In this document: one piece after another, positions 10,799 through 20,583 of the stretch | How positions within the stretch are numbered: the first letter of the stretch is position 1 | Layout of the letters: each line of letters starts with the position of its first letter | Source: Opitutia bacterium | Lineage (GTDB): Bacteria > Verrucomicrobiota > Verrucomicrobiia > Opitutales > Opitutaceae | Direction: 5' to 3' | NCBI GenBank assembly: GCA_947478395.1 | Contig: CANJVR010000004.1 | Location: 260,864 to 324,863, forward strand | Length of the DNA stretch: 64,000 nucleotides | Notes under the pieces: model-generated | Database searches by the model: none | What the model was told of the DNA's origin: nothing | What the model saw: only the letters and a program-made list of their open reading frames with translations | Position numbers and translations under genes: made by a program

Positions 10799-12154
10799 AT
10801 GAAATTCGGCTTCGCTCTCGCTTCCGTGCTCGCCGTCGCCTCCGTCGGGTGGAGCGCCGGCGGGCCGGCGAAGCCGAATATTATCTTCATTCTCGCCGAT
10901 GACCTCGGCACGGGAGATGTGAGTTGTTACGGCGCGGATAATCGCCGGACGCCCAATATCGATCAGCTCGCACAGCGCGGAATCCGTTTCACCCACGCAT
11001 ACACGGCGCCGCTCTGCGGTCCATCGCGCGCCTGCATCATGACCGGGCGGTATGCGTTTCGCACGGGAGGCACGAACCAGGATCGAATCGTGGGCTGGGA
11101 TTCGGCGCATGAGAAACTCACGCCGGCCTACCTCAAGCCGGCGGGTTACGCGACGTCGATCGTCGGCAAGTGGAGCCAGTTCAGTTTTGATCCCGCCCAA
11201 GGAGGCTTCGATGACAGCCTCCGGTTTTTTGCCAGCGGCCGCTACTGGGCCGACGCCGCCGAAGACGACGACCAGCAATCCAGAAAGGGAATTTACCTCG
11301 TCAATGGGAAGACGGTGCAACAGGGCAAGACGGAGTACCTGCCCGACACCATGGAGCAGCACCTGTTCAACTTCATCGCACAACATCGCGCTGAACCTTT
11401 CTACGTGTATTACTCGATGTCCCACGTGCATGGGGAAATTGTCCGCACACCCGACAGCGCGCCCGACAGCAAGGATCTCTACGTCGATAATTGCGCGTAC
11501 ATGGATAAGTTGGTGGGCAACTTGGTCCACGAGCTTGACCGCCAAAAATTAAGCGAGAACACGATCCTGATTTTTTGCGGTGATAACGGAACGGCGAAAG
11601 CGCCTTCGGATACGTCGACCATCGGCGGCCGCCGGTTGATCGGCCAGAAGGGCACAATGCAAGAAGGCGGCGCGCTGGTGCCGCTGATCGTTTACTGGCC
11701 CGGAGTGACGCCGAAAGGAAAAGTCTCGGACGACTTGATCGATTCAACCGATTTTCTTCCAACGCTCGCTGAAATCGCGGGCGTAAAGTTGCCGAAAGAT
11801 ACCACGTTCGACGGCCGGAGTTTCGGGCCGCAGCTGCGCGGAGAAAAAGGCAATCCGCGTCGTTGGATTTTCATCGAGCTCGCCCGCAACTGGTATGTCC
11901 GCGAGGCCGGCTGGAAACTCAACGAGGCAGGTGAACTGTTCGACATGAGCGGCGCACCGTTTGCCGAAACATTGGTGTCAGCGTCCCAGCAAAGCGCCGA
12001 GGCCGCGTCCGCGCGTCACCGACTGCAGGCGGCGCTGGCCGAGCTGAATCCCGCCGGCGGAATTCTCGATGATGGCGACGGTACAGGCCGACACGCCAAC
12101 AAAGCCGAGAAAAAAGCGCAGAAAAAACTGAAGAAGGAGAAGTTGCCCCAGTGA
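10799..12154 (+). CDS. Sulfatase (S1 family, Cys-type)
   Basis: PNIIFILADDLG, LCGPSRACIMTG, GKW, GDNG; signal peptide from MKFGF. Confidence 0.92.
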   Translation: MKFGFALASVLAVASVGWSAGGPAKPNIIFILADDLGTGDVSCYGADNRRTPNIDQLAQRGIRFTHAYTAPLCGPSRACIMTGRYAFRTGGTNQDRIVGWDSAHEKLTPAYLKPAGYATSIVGKWSQFSFDPAQGGFDDSLRFFASGRYWADAAEDDDQQSRKGIYLVNGKTVQQGKTEYLPDTMEQHLFNFIAQHRAEPFYVYYSMSHVHGEIVRTPDSAPDSKDLYVDNCAYMDKLVGNLVHELDRQKLSENTILIFCGDNGTAKAPSDTSTIGGRRLIGQKGTMQEGGALVPLIVYWPGVTPKGKVSDDLIDSTDFLPTLAEIAGVKLPKDTTFDGRSFGPQLRGEKGNPRRWIFIELARNWYVREAGWKLNEAGELFDMSGAPFAETLVSASQQSAEAASARHRLQAALAELNPAGGILDDGDGTGRHANKAEKKAQKKLKKEKLPQ

Positions 12155-12858
12155 AGACGCTCCTTTGTTTCGTATGCGTTTTTCTGCCGGTGAAACTGGT
12201 GGTGGCGGCCGCCGCCACGTCAGTGCAGCCGAGCACCGAGCTCTTCCGGGACGAATTCGATCATGGTCTCGCGCAGTGGACTTCGGAGCAGGTGTCCGGT
12301 GGGAGTGTGGCGACGCGCGAGGGCGCGCTTGTGATTGAAGATGTGGGCGGGTCGACCATTTGGTTTCGCCGCCGGTTGACCGCGCCGGTTGAAATCTCGT
12401 ACGACGCCGAAGTGGTCGTCGCCGGCGGACCTCATGATCGCCTGTCGGATTTGAACTGCTTCTGGATGGCCCAAGATCCCGGCAAGCCGGACAACGCCGC
12501 TCCGGCCGGAAGGTCGGGCCGGTTTCCGGACTACGATTCGCTGCTGACGTACTACGTCGGGTACGGCGGCAACGAGAATACGACCACGCGGTTTCGCCGC
12601 TACGACGGGACCGCGGCGCGGCCGTTGCTCCCGGCGCACGATCTGCGTGCGCCTGAATTTCTGCTCCAGCCGAATCACGTTTACCACGTCCGGATTGTGG
12701 TCCGAGACGGCACCACGGAATTCTGGCGCGACGGTGTTCGGATTTTCTCGTTTATAGATCCCAGCCCGCTCGCGTCTGGCTATTTCGCCTTTCGGACGGT
12801 GCGTAGCCACCTGGCGATCCGGCATTTTGTCGTAGCGCGTCCCGCCCCGGCTTCCTGA
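12151..12858 (+). CDS. DUF6250/YesU-like beta-sandwich protein, secreted
   Basis: SDLNCFWMA, YYVGYGGNENTTTRFRRY and DPSPLASGYFAFRT motifs; GTGA overlap with the upstream gene. Confidence 0.7.
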   Translation: MKTLLCFVCVFLPVKLVVAAAATSVQPSTELFRDEFDHGLAQWTSEQVSGGSVATREGALVIEDVGGSTIWFRRRLTAPVEISYDAEVVVAGGPHDRLSDLNCFWMAQDPGKPDNAAPAGRSGRFPDYDSLLTYYVGYGGNENTTTRFRRYDGTAARPLLPAHDLRAPEFLLQPNHVYHVRIVVRDGTTEFWRDGVRIFSFIDPSPLASGYFAFRTVRSHLAIRHFVVARPAPAS

Positions 12859-12896
12859 ATTTTCCGCACTCCTCGTCGACTGCTTTTCTCAAAAAA

Positions 12897-14405
12897 GTGA
12901 ACGCCAAAACATTTCTCTTCCTTGCTGGTTCGATGGCTGCGGCTGGCTTGATCCGACCAAGTCTTTTGGCCCGGGAATTTTTGGTGCAAGACCGTGCCCA
13001 GCTTAAAATCGCGTTGCAAAGCGTGAAGGCCGGCGACGCGGTCGTGCTCAAAAACGGCGATTGGACGGACACGCAGATTTTGGTGTCGGCCGGCGGCGAG
13101 ACCGGGAAGCCGGTCGAGGTCCGGGCGGAAACGCCCGGAGGGGTGGTGTTACGCGGGTCTTCGTCCCTGGCGATTAATGCGCCGTACGTGACCGTCGATG
13201 GGCTCCTTTTCCTCGGCGGAGCGATCGCCTCCGATGCCGTGATCCAGTTTAATTCGCACCACGGCATCGTGCGCGCCACGGCGGTCGTCGATTACAATCC
13301 CGCCGATTTCGCGACCAAGTATTATTGGGTTTTCTTTCGCGGCGACGACAACGTCCTCGAGCGCTGCTATTTCAAGGGTAAGAACCATCTTGAGCCGGTG
13401 GTGGGGAACGAACTCGACGACAGCCGGCGCAATCGTGTGACGGGTTGTTATTTCAAGGACATCCCTTTCGCGCAGCAAAACGGCCGGGAAATCATCCGCG
13501 TGTGGGGCTCCGGGAAATACGAGGGCCGGGATGATGACGGCGCGTTTTTCACCATCGAGGGCAACCTCTTCGACCACGCTGACGGCGAAGGCGCGGAGAT
13601 CATTTCGCTCAAGTCTAATCACAACCAAGTGCTCCGTAACACGGTCGTCGCCACGCTGGGCTGCATCAATATCCGGCGCGGTAATTTCAATACCGTGCAG
13701 GGTAACATCCTGTTGGGTCAGGGCCGGGCCGGTGCGATGGGCTTTAGAATGTCCGGGGAGCACAATCTCGTGCAGGGCAATCTCGCGTGGGGCTGCGCGT
13801 ACGGGATCACGGTTTCGTGCGGCGAGTATATCGCCGATGCGTTGACCAGCGGGTACCAGCCAAATCTAAAATCGCGGGGCACGGCGAAACAGAACAGTCG
13901 CGTGCCGACTTACCCGCAAAATCGGGATGTTACCATCGCCGATAATCTCATGATCGGAAATGCCGGCCCCGATCTCGAAATCGGCTCCAGCTACAAAAAT
14001 CACTGGCCGGAATCCCAGCAAGTGCTGCTCCCCGAGGCGTGTGTGATCAGGAACAACCGGTTTGTGCGTCCGGCGGGCGGCGTTTCGGTCGCGGGGACCG
14101 TTCCCGAAACCGCGCCGCCGTTCGAGCGCTTTAAATTTCAGCCAAACCGGTTTGACGGAAACCTGCTTGTTGGCGGCCAGAATAGTTACGCGCCAGCCGC
14201 GGCGGGATGCGTTCCGCTCAAACTGCCGCTGGATTGGTCGGCTGTACTGGAGACGGCCAAATTCAAACCACTGACGCCGGACGAGGTCGGCCCGAGCTGG
14301 GTCATCGCGCGTCGGAAAGCCGGCGATACCTCGCTGGAAAAGCCATCCGTGATCTCTGCGCCTACGACGATCTCTCCAAAGAAAAAAGCCAAAGCAGGGA
14401 ACTGA
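12897..14405 (+). CDS. Polysaccharide lyase family 6 (chondroitinase B/alginate lyase-like beta-helix)
   Basis: GDAVVLKNG, AETPGGV, NGREIIR, EIISLKS (catalytic Lys region) and Asn-rich beta-helix repeats; signal peptide. Confidence 0.85.
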   Translation: MNAKTFLFLAGSMAAAGLIRPSLLAREFLVQDRAQLKIALQSVKAGDAVVLKNGDWTDTQILVSAGGETGKPVEVRAETPGGVVLRGSSSLAINAPYVTVDGLLFLGGAIASDAVIQFNSHHGIVRATAVVDYNPADFATKYYWVFFRGDDNVLERCYFKGKNHLEPVVGNELDDSRRNRVTGCYFKDIPFAQQNGREIIRVWGSGKYEGRDDDGAFFTIEGNLFDHADGEGAEIISLKSNHNQVLRNTVVATLGCINIRRGNFNTVQGNILLGQGRAGAMGFRMSGEHNLVQGNLAWGCAYGITVSCGEYIADALTSGYQPNLKSRGTAKQNSRVPTYPQNRDVTIADNLMIGNAGPDLEIGSSYKNHWPESQQVLLPEACVIRNNRFVRPAGGVSVAGTVPETAPPFERFKFQPNRFDGNLLVGGQNSYAPAAAGCVPLKLPLDWSAVLETAKFKPLTPDEVGPSWVIARRKAGDTSLEKPSVISAPTTISPKKKAKAGN

Positions 14406-14459
14406 AGAATCCAAACGCTGGCCGCCGCTTTTTTTGTTCTCGCCGAAATCTCATTCCCT

Positions 14460-16010
14460 ATGAAATCGCTCCTTCGCCTTGCTCCGGGCCTACTGGCCAT
14501 CGCGTGCGTTCCTGCCGCCGTCGCCGCTGCGCCGCGCCCGAACATTCTTTTTATCGCGGTCGACGATTTGCGGCCGGAGCTGGGATGCTACGGTAAGACC
14601 TACATCAAGAGCCCGAACATCGACGCGCTGGCAAAGTCCGGCATCGTGTTCAATCGCGCGTATGTTCAGCAAGCGGTGTGTTCGCCATCGCGAACCGCGG
14701 TGATGACGGGCGTGCGCCCCGACACCTCGAAAGTTTGGGACTTGTTGACGTCGTTTCGGACCGCATTGCCGAACGTGGTCACGCTCGGTGAGCAGTTCAA
14801 AAAAAGCGGGTACTTCGTTCAAGGGGTGGGGAAGATTTATCATCCGGGCCTGAACGACGAAGCGACGTGGTCGGTGCCGTGGATCGATCCCAAGGCCCCC
14901 GTCTATGCGTTGCCGGAAAACGAAGCGTTCAGCAAAGCGCCGGTGGACGATGATGCACCGTTGGTGGCCGACGCGGAGCCCAAGGTCAAAAAGGGCGCGA
15001 AAGGTGCAGATAAAAACAAAGTCCCGAAAGCGGCGAGCGTGGCGAACTCGCGCGGCCCCGTTTCTGAATGCGCCGATGTGCCGGATAATTTTTATGAAGA
15101 CGGCAAGATTGCCGATCTTGCGATCAGCGACTTGCAGGCGATGAGTAAACAGGCGGGCCCGTTCTTCCTCGCGGTGGGCTTCCGCAAACCGCATCTGCCG
15201 TGGGTGGCGCCGAAGAAATATTGGGATCTCTACCGGCCGGCGGAAATCGATCTCGCTCCCAATCCATTTCTGCCCACCGACGCTCCGGGCTACGCGATCA
15301 ACCCCAACGACGGTGAGATGCGCGCTTACAAAGGTGTGCCGCCGACGGGTCCGATCGCGCCGGAGCTGGCCCGTACGTTGAAGCAGGCTTACTTCGCCAA
15401 CGTGAGCTACACCGACGCTCAGATCGGCAAGGTGCTGGCCGAGCTGGATCGGCTGGGTCTGCGTCAAAACACGATCATCGTGCTTTGGGGCGATCACGGC
15501 TGGAAACTCGGCGAGCACGCCGCGTGGGGCAAACACACCAACACCGAGAATGATACCAACGCGCCTTTGCTCGTCTCCGTCCCTGGCATGAAAAACGCCG
15601 GTGCGCATGCCGATGGTTTGGTCGAGTTCGTCGATATCTATCCGACGCTATGCGACCTCGCGGGCGTGCCGTTGCCGAAGGAACTCGAAGGCCTGAGCTT
15701 TAAGCCGCTGCTCTCCGAGCCCACGAAGCCGTGGAAGCAGGCCGCGTTTAGCCAGTACCCGCGCAACGGCGGGAAAACCGGCGTCGGCCAGCTCATGGGC
15801 TATTCGATGCGCACCGATCGCTACCGGCTCACCGTTTGGGTCGCGCGGGACAATCACGTCAACGTCGACGCCGTAGAGCTCTACGATCATCAGACCGATC
15901 CGCAGGAAAACGTAAACATCGCCAAACTCCCCGCCAACGCCCCGCTCGTGGAGCAACTGCTGGCGCAGTGGCGCAGCGGCTGGCAGGCCGCATTGCCGCA
16001 GCGTTCTTGA
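14460..16010 (+). CDS. Sulfatase, iduronate-2-sulfatase-like (paralog of 9217..10752)
   Basis: PNILFIAVDDLRPELG, VCSPSRTAVMTG, KPHLP, WGDHGWKLGEH. Confidence 0.93.
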   Translation: MKSLLRLAPGLLAIACVPAAVAAAPRPNILFIAVDDLRPELGCYGKTYIKSPNIDALAKSGIVFNRAYVQQAVCSPSRTAVMTGVRPDTSKVWDLLTSFRTALPNVVTLGEQFKKSGYFVQGVGKIYHPGLNDEATWSVPWIDPKAPVYALPENEAFSKAPVDDDAPLVADAEPKVKKGAKGADKNKVPKAASVANSRGPVSECADVPDNFYEDGKIADLAISDLQAMSKQAGPFFLAVGFRKPHLPWVAPKKYWDLYRPAEIDLAPNPFLPTDAPGYAINPNDGEMRAYKGVPPTGPIAPELARTLKQAYFANVSYTDAQIGKVLAELDRLGLRQNTIIVLWGDHGWKLGEHAAWGKHTNTENDTNAPLLVSVPGMKNAGAHADGLVEFVDIYPTLCDLAGVPLPKELEGLSFKPLLSEPTKPWKQAAFSQYPRNGGKTGVGQLMGYSMRTDRYRLTVWVARDNHVNVDAVELYDHQTDPQENVNIAKLPANAPLVEQLLAQWRSGWQAALPQRS

Positions 16011-16026
16011 ATTACACTACTAAATT

Positions 16027-17268
16027 ATGAGATCAGTAACCTTCGTCATCACTTGGTTTGCCGTGGTCGGGCTTATCGCTGCGCGCGCCGCAGACGCCCC
16101 GCGCACTTTTCTTTTGTCCGCCCCGGCGCTCGTCGCGGCGAAAGCGAGTCTCGACCGGGGTGAACCCGGCTTGCAGCCCGCACTCGTGGCATTGCGGGCC
16201 GAGGCTGATCGCGCTCTCGCGCGGCCGGCGCGCTCGGTCATGGACAAAACCACGACGGCCTCGACCGGAGACAAACACGATTATTTCAGCTATGGTCCGT
16301 ACTGGTGGCCCGACCCCGCGAAACCGAACGGACTTCCTTACATCCGGCGCGACGGCGAGATCAACCCGGCCGCCCGGCAAGGTTGCGACGATCAGGAGTT
16401 CAGCCGCCTGACCACCGCGGTCGACACCCTGAGCCTCGCGTATTGGTTTACGCGGGACGAACGGTACGCGGAGCAAGCGGCTAAATTAGCCCGGGTATGG
16501 TTTCTCGAACCGGCCACGCGCATGAATCCCAATCTTGAGCACGCGCAGGCGATCCCGGGAATCAATGATGGCCGTGGCATCGGCATCATCGAATCCCGGC
16601 GGTTGGCGACGATCGCGGAAAGTCTGTCACTGCTGGCGGGTTCGCGCGCCTGGGCTTCCGCCGATCAGGAGGCGTTCCGCACCTGGCTCGCCGCGTTCTA
16701 TTCCTGGCTCACGACCAGCAAAAATGGCCGCGACGAACACGGGGAGCTAAACAATCACGGCTCCTGGTACGATTTCCAATCCGCGCACCTCGCGCTCCAA
16801 CTTGATCGCCGCGATGACGTCAAAAAGATCCTGACGGAAGGCCTCACACTTCGACTCGCCAGTCAGGTTCAGCCCGACGGTTCGCAACCGCGGGAACTCG
16901 CCCGCACCAAGTCGTTCGACTATTCATTGTTCAACCTCGAGGCGTTGTTTGGGTGTGCGCAACTGGCGCGTCACGTGGGAGTGGATTGGTGGTCGTTCGC
17001 CACGCCTGACGGTCGGAGTCTTCGCGCTGCGCTCAATTACGTGGCGCCGTATATGGATCCGCACTTGGAGTGGCCGAAGAAGGATTTGCACGACGCCGAC
17101 CGCACACGGTTGGTGCCCTTGGTCGATCTCATGCTCCAGCACGGCGAAGACGCCTCGTTGCGCCGCGTCTACGAAAAATTTTCGGAAACTTCGGGTGCGG
17201 ATGCTCGCTGGCGTCTGACTGAGAACCGGCCGTTTGCCCGCGCGGCCGCGCGGCCCGCGGGTCCGTGA
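16027..17268 (+). CDS. Alginate_lyase (PF05426)-domain polysaccharide lyase, PL38-like
   Basis: GDKHDYFSYGPYWWPDP, PYIRRDG, TRMNPNL, NNHGSWYD, QPRELARTKSFDYSLFNL. Confidence 0.85.
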   Translation: MRSVTFVITWFAVVGLIAARAADAPRTFLLSAPALVAAKASLDRGEPGLQPALVALRAEADRALARPARSVMDKTTTASTGDKHDYFSYGPYWWPDPAKPNGLPYIRRDGEINPAARQGCDDQEFSRLTTAVDTLSLAYWFTRDERYAEQAAKLARVWFLEPATRMNPNLEHAQAIPGINDGRGIGIIESRRLATIAESLSLLAGSRAWASADQEAFRTWLAAFYSWLTTSKNGRDEHGELNNHGSWYDFQSAHLALQLDRRDDVKKILTEGLTLRLASQVQPDGSQPRELARTKSFDYSLFNLEALFGCAQLARHVGVDWWSFATPDGRSLRAALNYVAPYMDPHLEWPKKDLHDADRTRLVPLVDLMLQHGEDASLRRVYEKFSETSGADARWRLTENRPFARAAARPAGP

Positions 17269-17393
17269 TCGGCCGTTTGAGGGCAATTGTTGGCGGAACT
17301 GGGGCGACTCGGTTTTTTCCCTTCGCCGTGGACGCGTTGGTTGAGTTTCGATGCGGTTGCTCGCCGTAGAGCAACCGCTTCCCAGCTAATCTC

Positions 17394-19655
17394 GTGACCA
17401 TTTCAAAGATTTTTTCCGGCAAATATCGGTGGTGGAGAATCGTGGCCGGCCTCGCAGTGGCCTATTCGCTTTCGGTTTCGATTTGGTATTTCTCGCACGC
17501 GACGCGGGGCGGAAACCCAACTAAACTTGCTTCCACGGGTGCCGCACGAGCCAGCGGCGAGATGGCGAAATCGACCGATTGCCGAAAGTGTCACGAGGAA
17601 ATTTTCAAAACATGGTCTGCGTCGGACCACGCCTTGGCCCATCGTCCGGTCGACGCAAAGTCCGATGCCGATGCGTTTCAACCGACCAGCGCATTTGAAC
17701 TTCACGGCGTAAATTACCGGACCGGCTGGGAAAACGGCCGGCCGGCGCTTTCGGAATCTCAGCCTGGCGCGTCGGCCCACCGTTTCACCGCCGAATTCGT
17801 CATGGGGTACAAACCGTTGCGGCAGTATATCGCTCCGACCGAGGGCGGGAGGTACCAAGCGGTGGAGCTCGCCTTCGATCCGCTTAAAAAAGAATGGTTC
17901 GACGTGTTCGGCGACGAACGGCGTCGCCCGGGCGAATGGGGCCATTGGACGGGTCGGGGCATGAACTGGAACTCGATGTGCGCCGTCTGCCATCTCACGA
18001 ATTTCCAGAAGAACTACAGCGCGGCGACGGATACCTATGCGTCGACGTGGAGCGAACACGGAATCGGTTGCGCCCAGTGTCATGGTGAGATCGCCGCGGA
18101 CCACGGTCGGGGTCTTCCCGCGATTTCGACGAATCCTGAAATCGTGGCGGCGCGAAAGCTGCGTGCGCAGGAAACATGCGCTCCGTGTCACGCGCGCAAC
18201 GAAATGCTGACGGGCGATATTCAACCCGGCCGCAGCTATTCCGATCACTACCGGCTCGCCTTGCCGGTGGAGGCGGGAGTGTTTTACGCCGACGGCCAGA
18301 TGAGGGAGGAGGATTTTAACTACACGTCATTTCTCACGAGCAGAATGGGCGGCAAGGCCGGGGTCACCTGCCTCGATTGCCATGATTCCCACAGCGGCAA
18401 GCCGCGGTTGCCCGTGGAAAATAATGCGCTCTGCCTGCAGTGCCACACCACGCCGGGCACCATGAATGCTCCGGTGATCGATCCGACCGCGCATTCCCAC
18501 CATGCTTCCGAAAGCACCGGCAATCGTTGCGTCTCATGTCACATGCCGACGACGGTTTTCATGCAGCGTGATCCGCGTCACGATCATGGCTTTCTCCGGC
18601 CGGATCCGCTGCTGACGAAGGAGCTGGGCATCCCCAACGCCTGCAACCGGTGTCACGCGGACCAATCCACCGACTGGGCGATCGCCGCGACCACGAACTG
18701 GTACGGGGGCAAGATGGAGTCTCGCCAGCGCGAACGAACGCGGGCGGTCGCCGCTGCTCAGGCGGCGGCGCCGGACGGAGCCGCGAAACTATTGGCGTTG
18801 GCCGCCTCGGAACAAGTCCCCGCGTGGAAAGCGACGTTGCTTTCGTTGACCCGCGCGTACGAAACCGAAACCGAAGTCGTCGCGGCTGCGGCTCAGGCGC
18901 TCAACGACGGCGAGCCGCTCGTTCGTTCGGCTGCGGTTCAGGTGCTCGCCGCGCGAGGAGACCAATCGTCGCAATTGCGGCCCCGGTTGAAGGATCCCTC
19001 CCGTCTGGTGCGCCTCGATGCGGAATTCGCGCTGTCGAATGAGCTCCCGGAAAATTCGGTGGAGCGCCGCGAACTTGACGCCTACTTGGCGACGTCGGCC
19101 GATCAGCCCGCGGGCCGCATGCGGTGGGGGCAGGACCTGTTCAATCGTGGCCGCGCGGCCGAAGGTGAGGCGCAGCTGCGTCAGGCGATCGCCTGGGACC
19201 CGAATTCTCCGGGCATTCACGATGCGCTGGGCGCTGGACTCCATTCGCTCAACCGTGAAAAAGAGGCGGCGGGGGAATTCTGGCGCGCCGCGCAACTTCA
19301 ACCCGCCGACGGGGACGCCGCCTTTCGCGCGGCTTTGGCGTTTGCCGGGGCGGGACAATTGTCCGACGCCGAACTCGCCCTGCGTGAGACGATCCGGCGC
19401 GACGCGCGGCACGATCGCGCGTGGTATAATCTTGGCCTGCTCCTCGCGCAAACCGATCGGGTCCCGGCTGCGCTCGATGCGTTGCACTCGGCTGAAGCCA
19501 TCGCGCCGACGGTCCCCGATTACCCGTACGCGGAAGCGACGATAAAGTGGGAGCGCCGGGATCGGGTGGGTGCAGCGGCGGCGGCGCGCCGGGTGCTGGC
19601 GATCGATCCGAATCACCGGTTGGCGCGCGAGCTTTTGCGGGCGACCGGCGGTTGA
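17394..19655 (+). CDS. Membrane-anchored octaheme c-type cytochrome with HEAT and TPR repeats
   Basis: Eight CxxCH motifs (CRKCH, CAVCH, CAQCH, CAPCH, CLDCH, CLQCH, CVSCH, CNRCH), N-terminal TM helix, HEAT-like (DGEPLVRSAA, DPSRLVRLDA) and TPR-like (AWYNLGLLL) segments. Confidence 0.88.
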   Translation: MTISKIFSGKYRWWRIVAGLAVAYSLSVSIWYFSHATRGGNPTKLASTGAARASGEMAKSTDCRKCHEEIFKTWSASDHALAHRPVDAKSDADAFQPTSAFELHGVNYRTGWENGRPALSESQPGASAHRFTAEFVMGYKPLRQYIAPTEGGRYQAVELAFDPLKKEWFDVFGDERRRPGEWGHWTGRGMNWNSMCAVCHLTNFQKNYSAATDTYASTWSEHGIGCAQCHGEIAADHGRGLPAISTNPEIVAARKLRAQETCAPCHARNEMLTGDIQPGRSYSDHYRLALPVEAGVFYADGQMREEDFNYTSFLTSRMGGKAGVTCLDCHDSHSGKPRLPVENNALCLQCHTTPGTMNAPVIDPTAHSHHASESTGNRCVSCHMPTTVFMQRDPRHDHGFLRPDPLLTKELGIPNACNRCHADQSTDWAIAATTNWYGGKMESRQRERTRAVAAAQAAAPDGAAKLLALAASEQVPAWKATLLSLTRAYETETEVVAAAAQALNDGEPLVRSAAVQVLAARGDQSSQLRPRLKDPSRLVRLDAEFALSNELPENSVERRELDAYLATSADQPAGRMRWGQDLFNRGRAAEGEAQLRQAIAWDPNSPGIHDALGAGLHSLNREKEAAGEFWRAAQLQPADGDAAFRAALAFAGAGQLSDAELALRETIRRDARHDRAWYNLGLLLAQTDRVPAALDALHSAEAIAPTVPDYPYAEATIKWERRDRVGAAAAARRVLAIDPNHRLARELLRATGG

Positions 19656-19690
19656 CGCGACGCCCGCGGCGTAGGTCACAACCATTATTT

Positions 19691-19774
19691 TGGTGCCCGG
19701 GACAGGACTCGAACCTGCACACCTTACGGCAAAGGCTTCTAAGACCTTCGTGTCTGCCATTCCACCACCCGGGC
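19691..19774 (-). tRNA. tRNA-Leu (anticodon TAG)
   Basis: Reverse complement GCCCGGGTGGTGGAATGGCAGACACGAAGGTCT-TAG-AAGCCTTTGCCGTAAGGTGTGCAGGTTCGAGTCCTGTCCCGGGCACCA: acceptor stem, long variable arm, TTCGA T-loop and encoded CCA. Confidence 0.97.
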
Positions 19775-20240
19775 GAGACGGGAGAGAGTGCCGAGCCGGC
19801 CGCGGCAGACGCAAGCGGGGAAATCTGCCCTAAGAACGCGCGGATGTTCGGGCCGGCCAAGCGCGCTTATGGCTCCTCGCGTCCATGCCTGGGTTTAAAA
19901 TTTTTTCGCATGCGTCCGACCGCTGGACCGCCGACCTTCTCGGCGATTTCCAGCTTTTCAAGCGGGCCATTGGCGTGGTTTGGCCGGCGATTTTGAGCCG
20001 AAACAATGCTCCGGTTAGCCTCAAGGCGCCGCCACACTCGTCGAGCAAGGCGTGCGGCTTACGCCCGAGGGCGCGGTTCGCGCGGGGATTGAGGTGTTGA
20101 GGGCCGGGCTTGCCCTCGACCCCGCGAGCCGCACCAGCGGCGCCGGGAAAAGCGAAATCTTGAACCTACTTGTCTACGGCCGTCGGCTGACGAAGGTATT
20201 CTGCTGAAGCCCCGCGCTACTGATAAATTATTTTCCCCCT

Positions 20241-20555
20241 ATGATTCGCAAAGCCTTTGTCATGTCAGTCCACGCCGGCCACGAGGCCGAGTACGCCCGC
20301 CGGCACCAGCCGATCTGGGCCGAACTCGAAGCCGTGCTCAAAGCGCATGGCGTGCATAACTACTCCATCTTCCTGCATCCGGAAACGCGCCAGCTTTTCG
20401 GTTACGCCGAAATCGAGAGCGAAGCGCGCTGGGCGTCGATCGCGCAGACCGACGTTTGCCAGCGTTGGTGGAAACACATGGGCGATGTCATGCCCAGCAA
20501 TCCCGATCACAGTCCGGTGTCGCGCGGCCTGGATGAAGTTTTCCATATCGATTGA
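20241..20555 (+). CDS. rhaM: L-rhamnose mutarotase
   Basis: [39 protein letters not shown]; 104 aa. Confidence 0.93.
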   Translation: MIRKAFVMSVHAGHEAEYARRHQPIWAELEAVLKAHGVHNYSIFLHPETRQLFGYAEIESEARWASIAQTDVCQRWWKHMGDVMPSNPDHSPVSRGLDEVFHID

Positions 20556-20583
20556 GCGCGGGCGCGCCGCCGACGTTGCCGCC

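Noticed and set aside
19655..19774. tRNA-Leu 3' end as the attachment site of an island carrying the sulfatase locus
   Set aside because: No integrase and no duplicate of the tRNA 3' end seen in the window; the other boundary would lie outside it, so this cannot be supported.
20155..20205. Possible RhaS/RhaR-type site and promoter upstream of rhaM
   Set aside because: Spacing does not match the known half-site or sigma70 geometry well enough.
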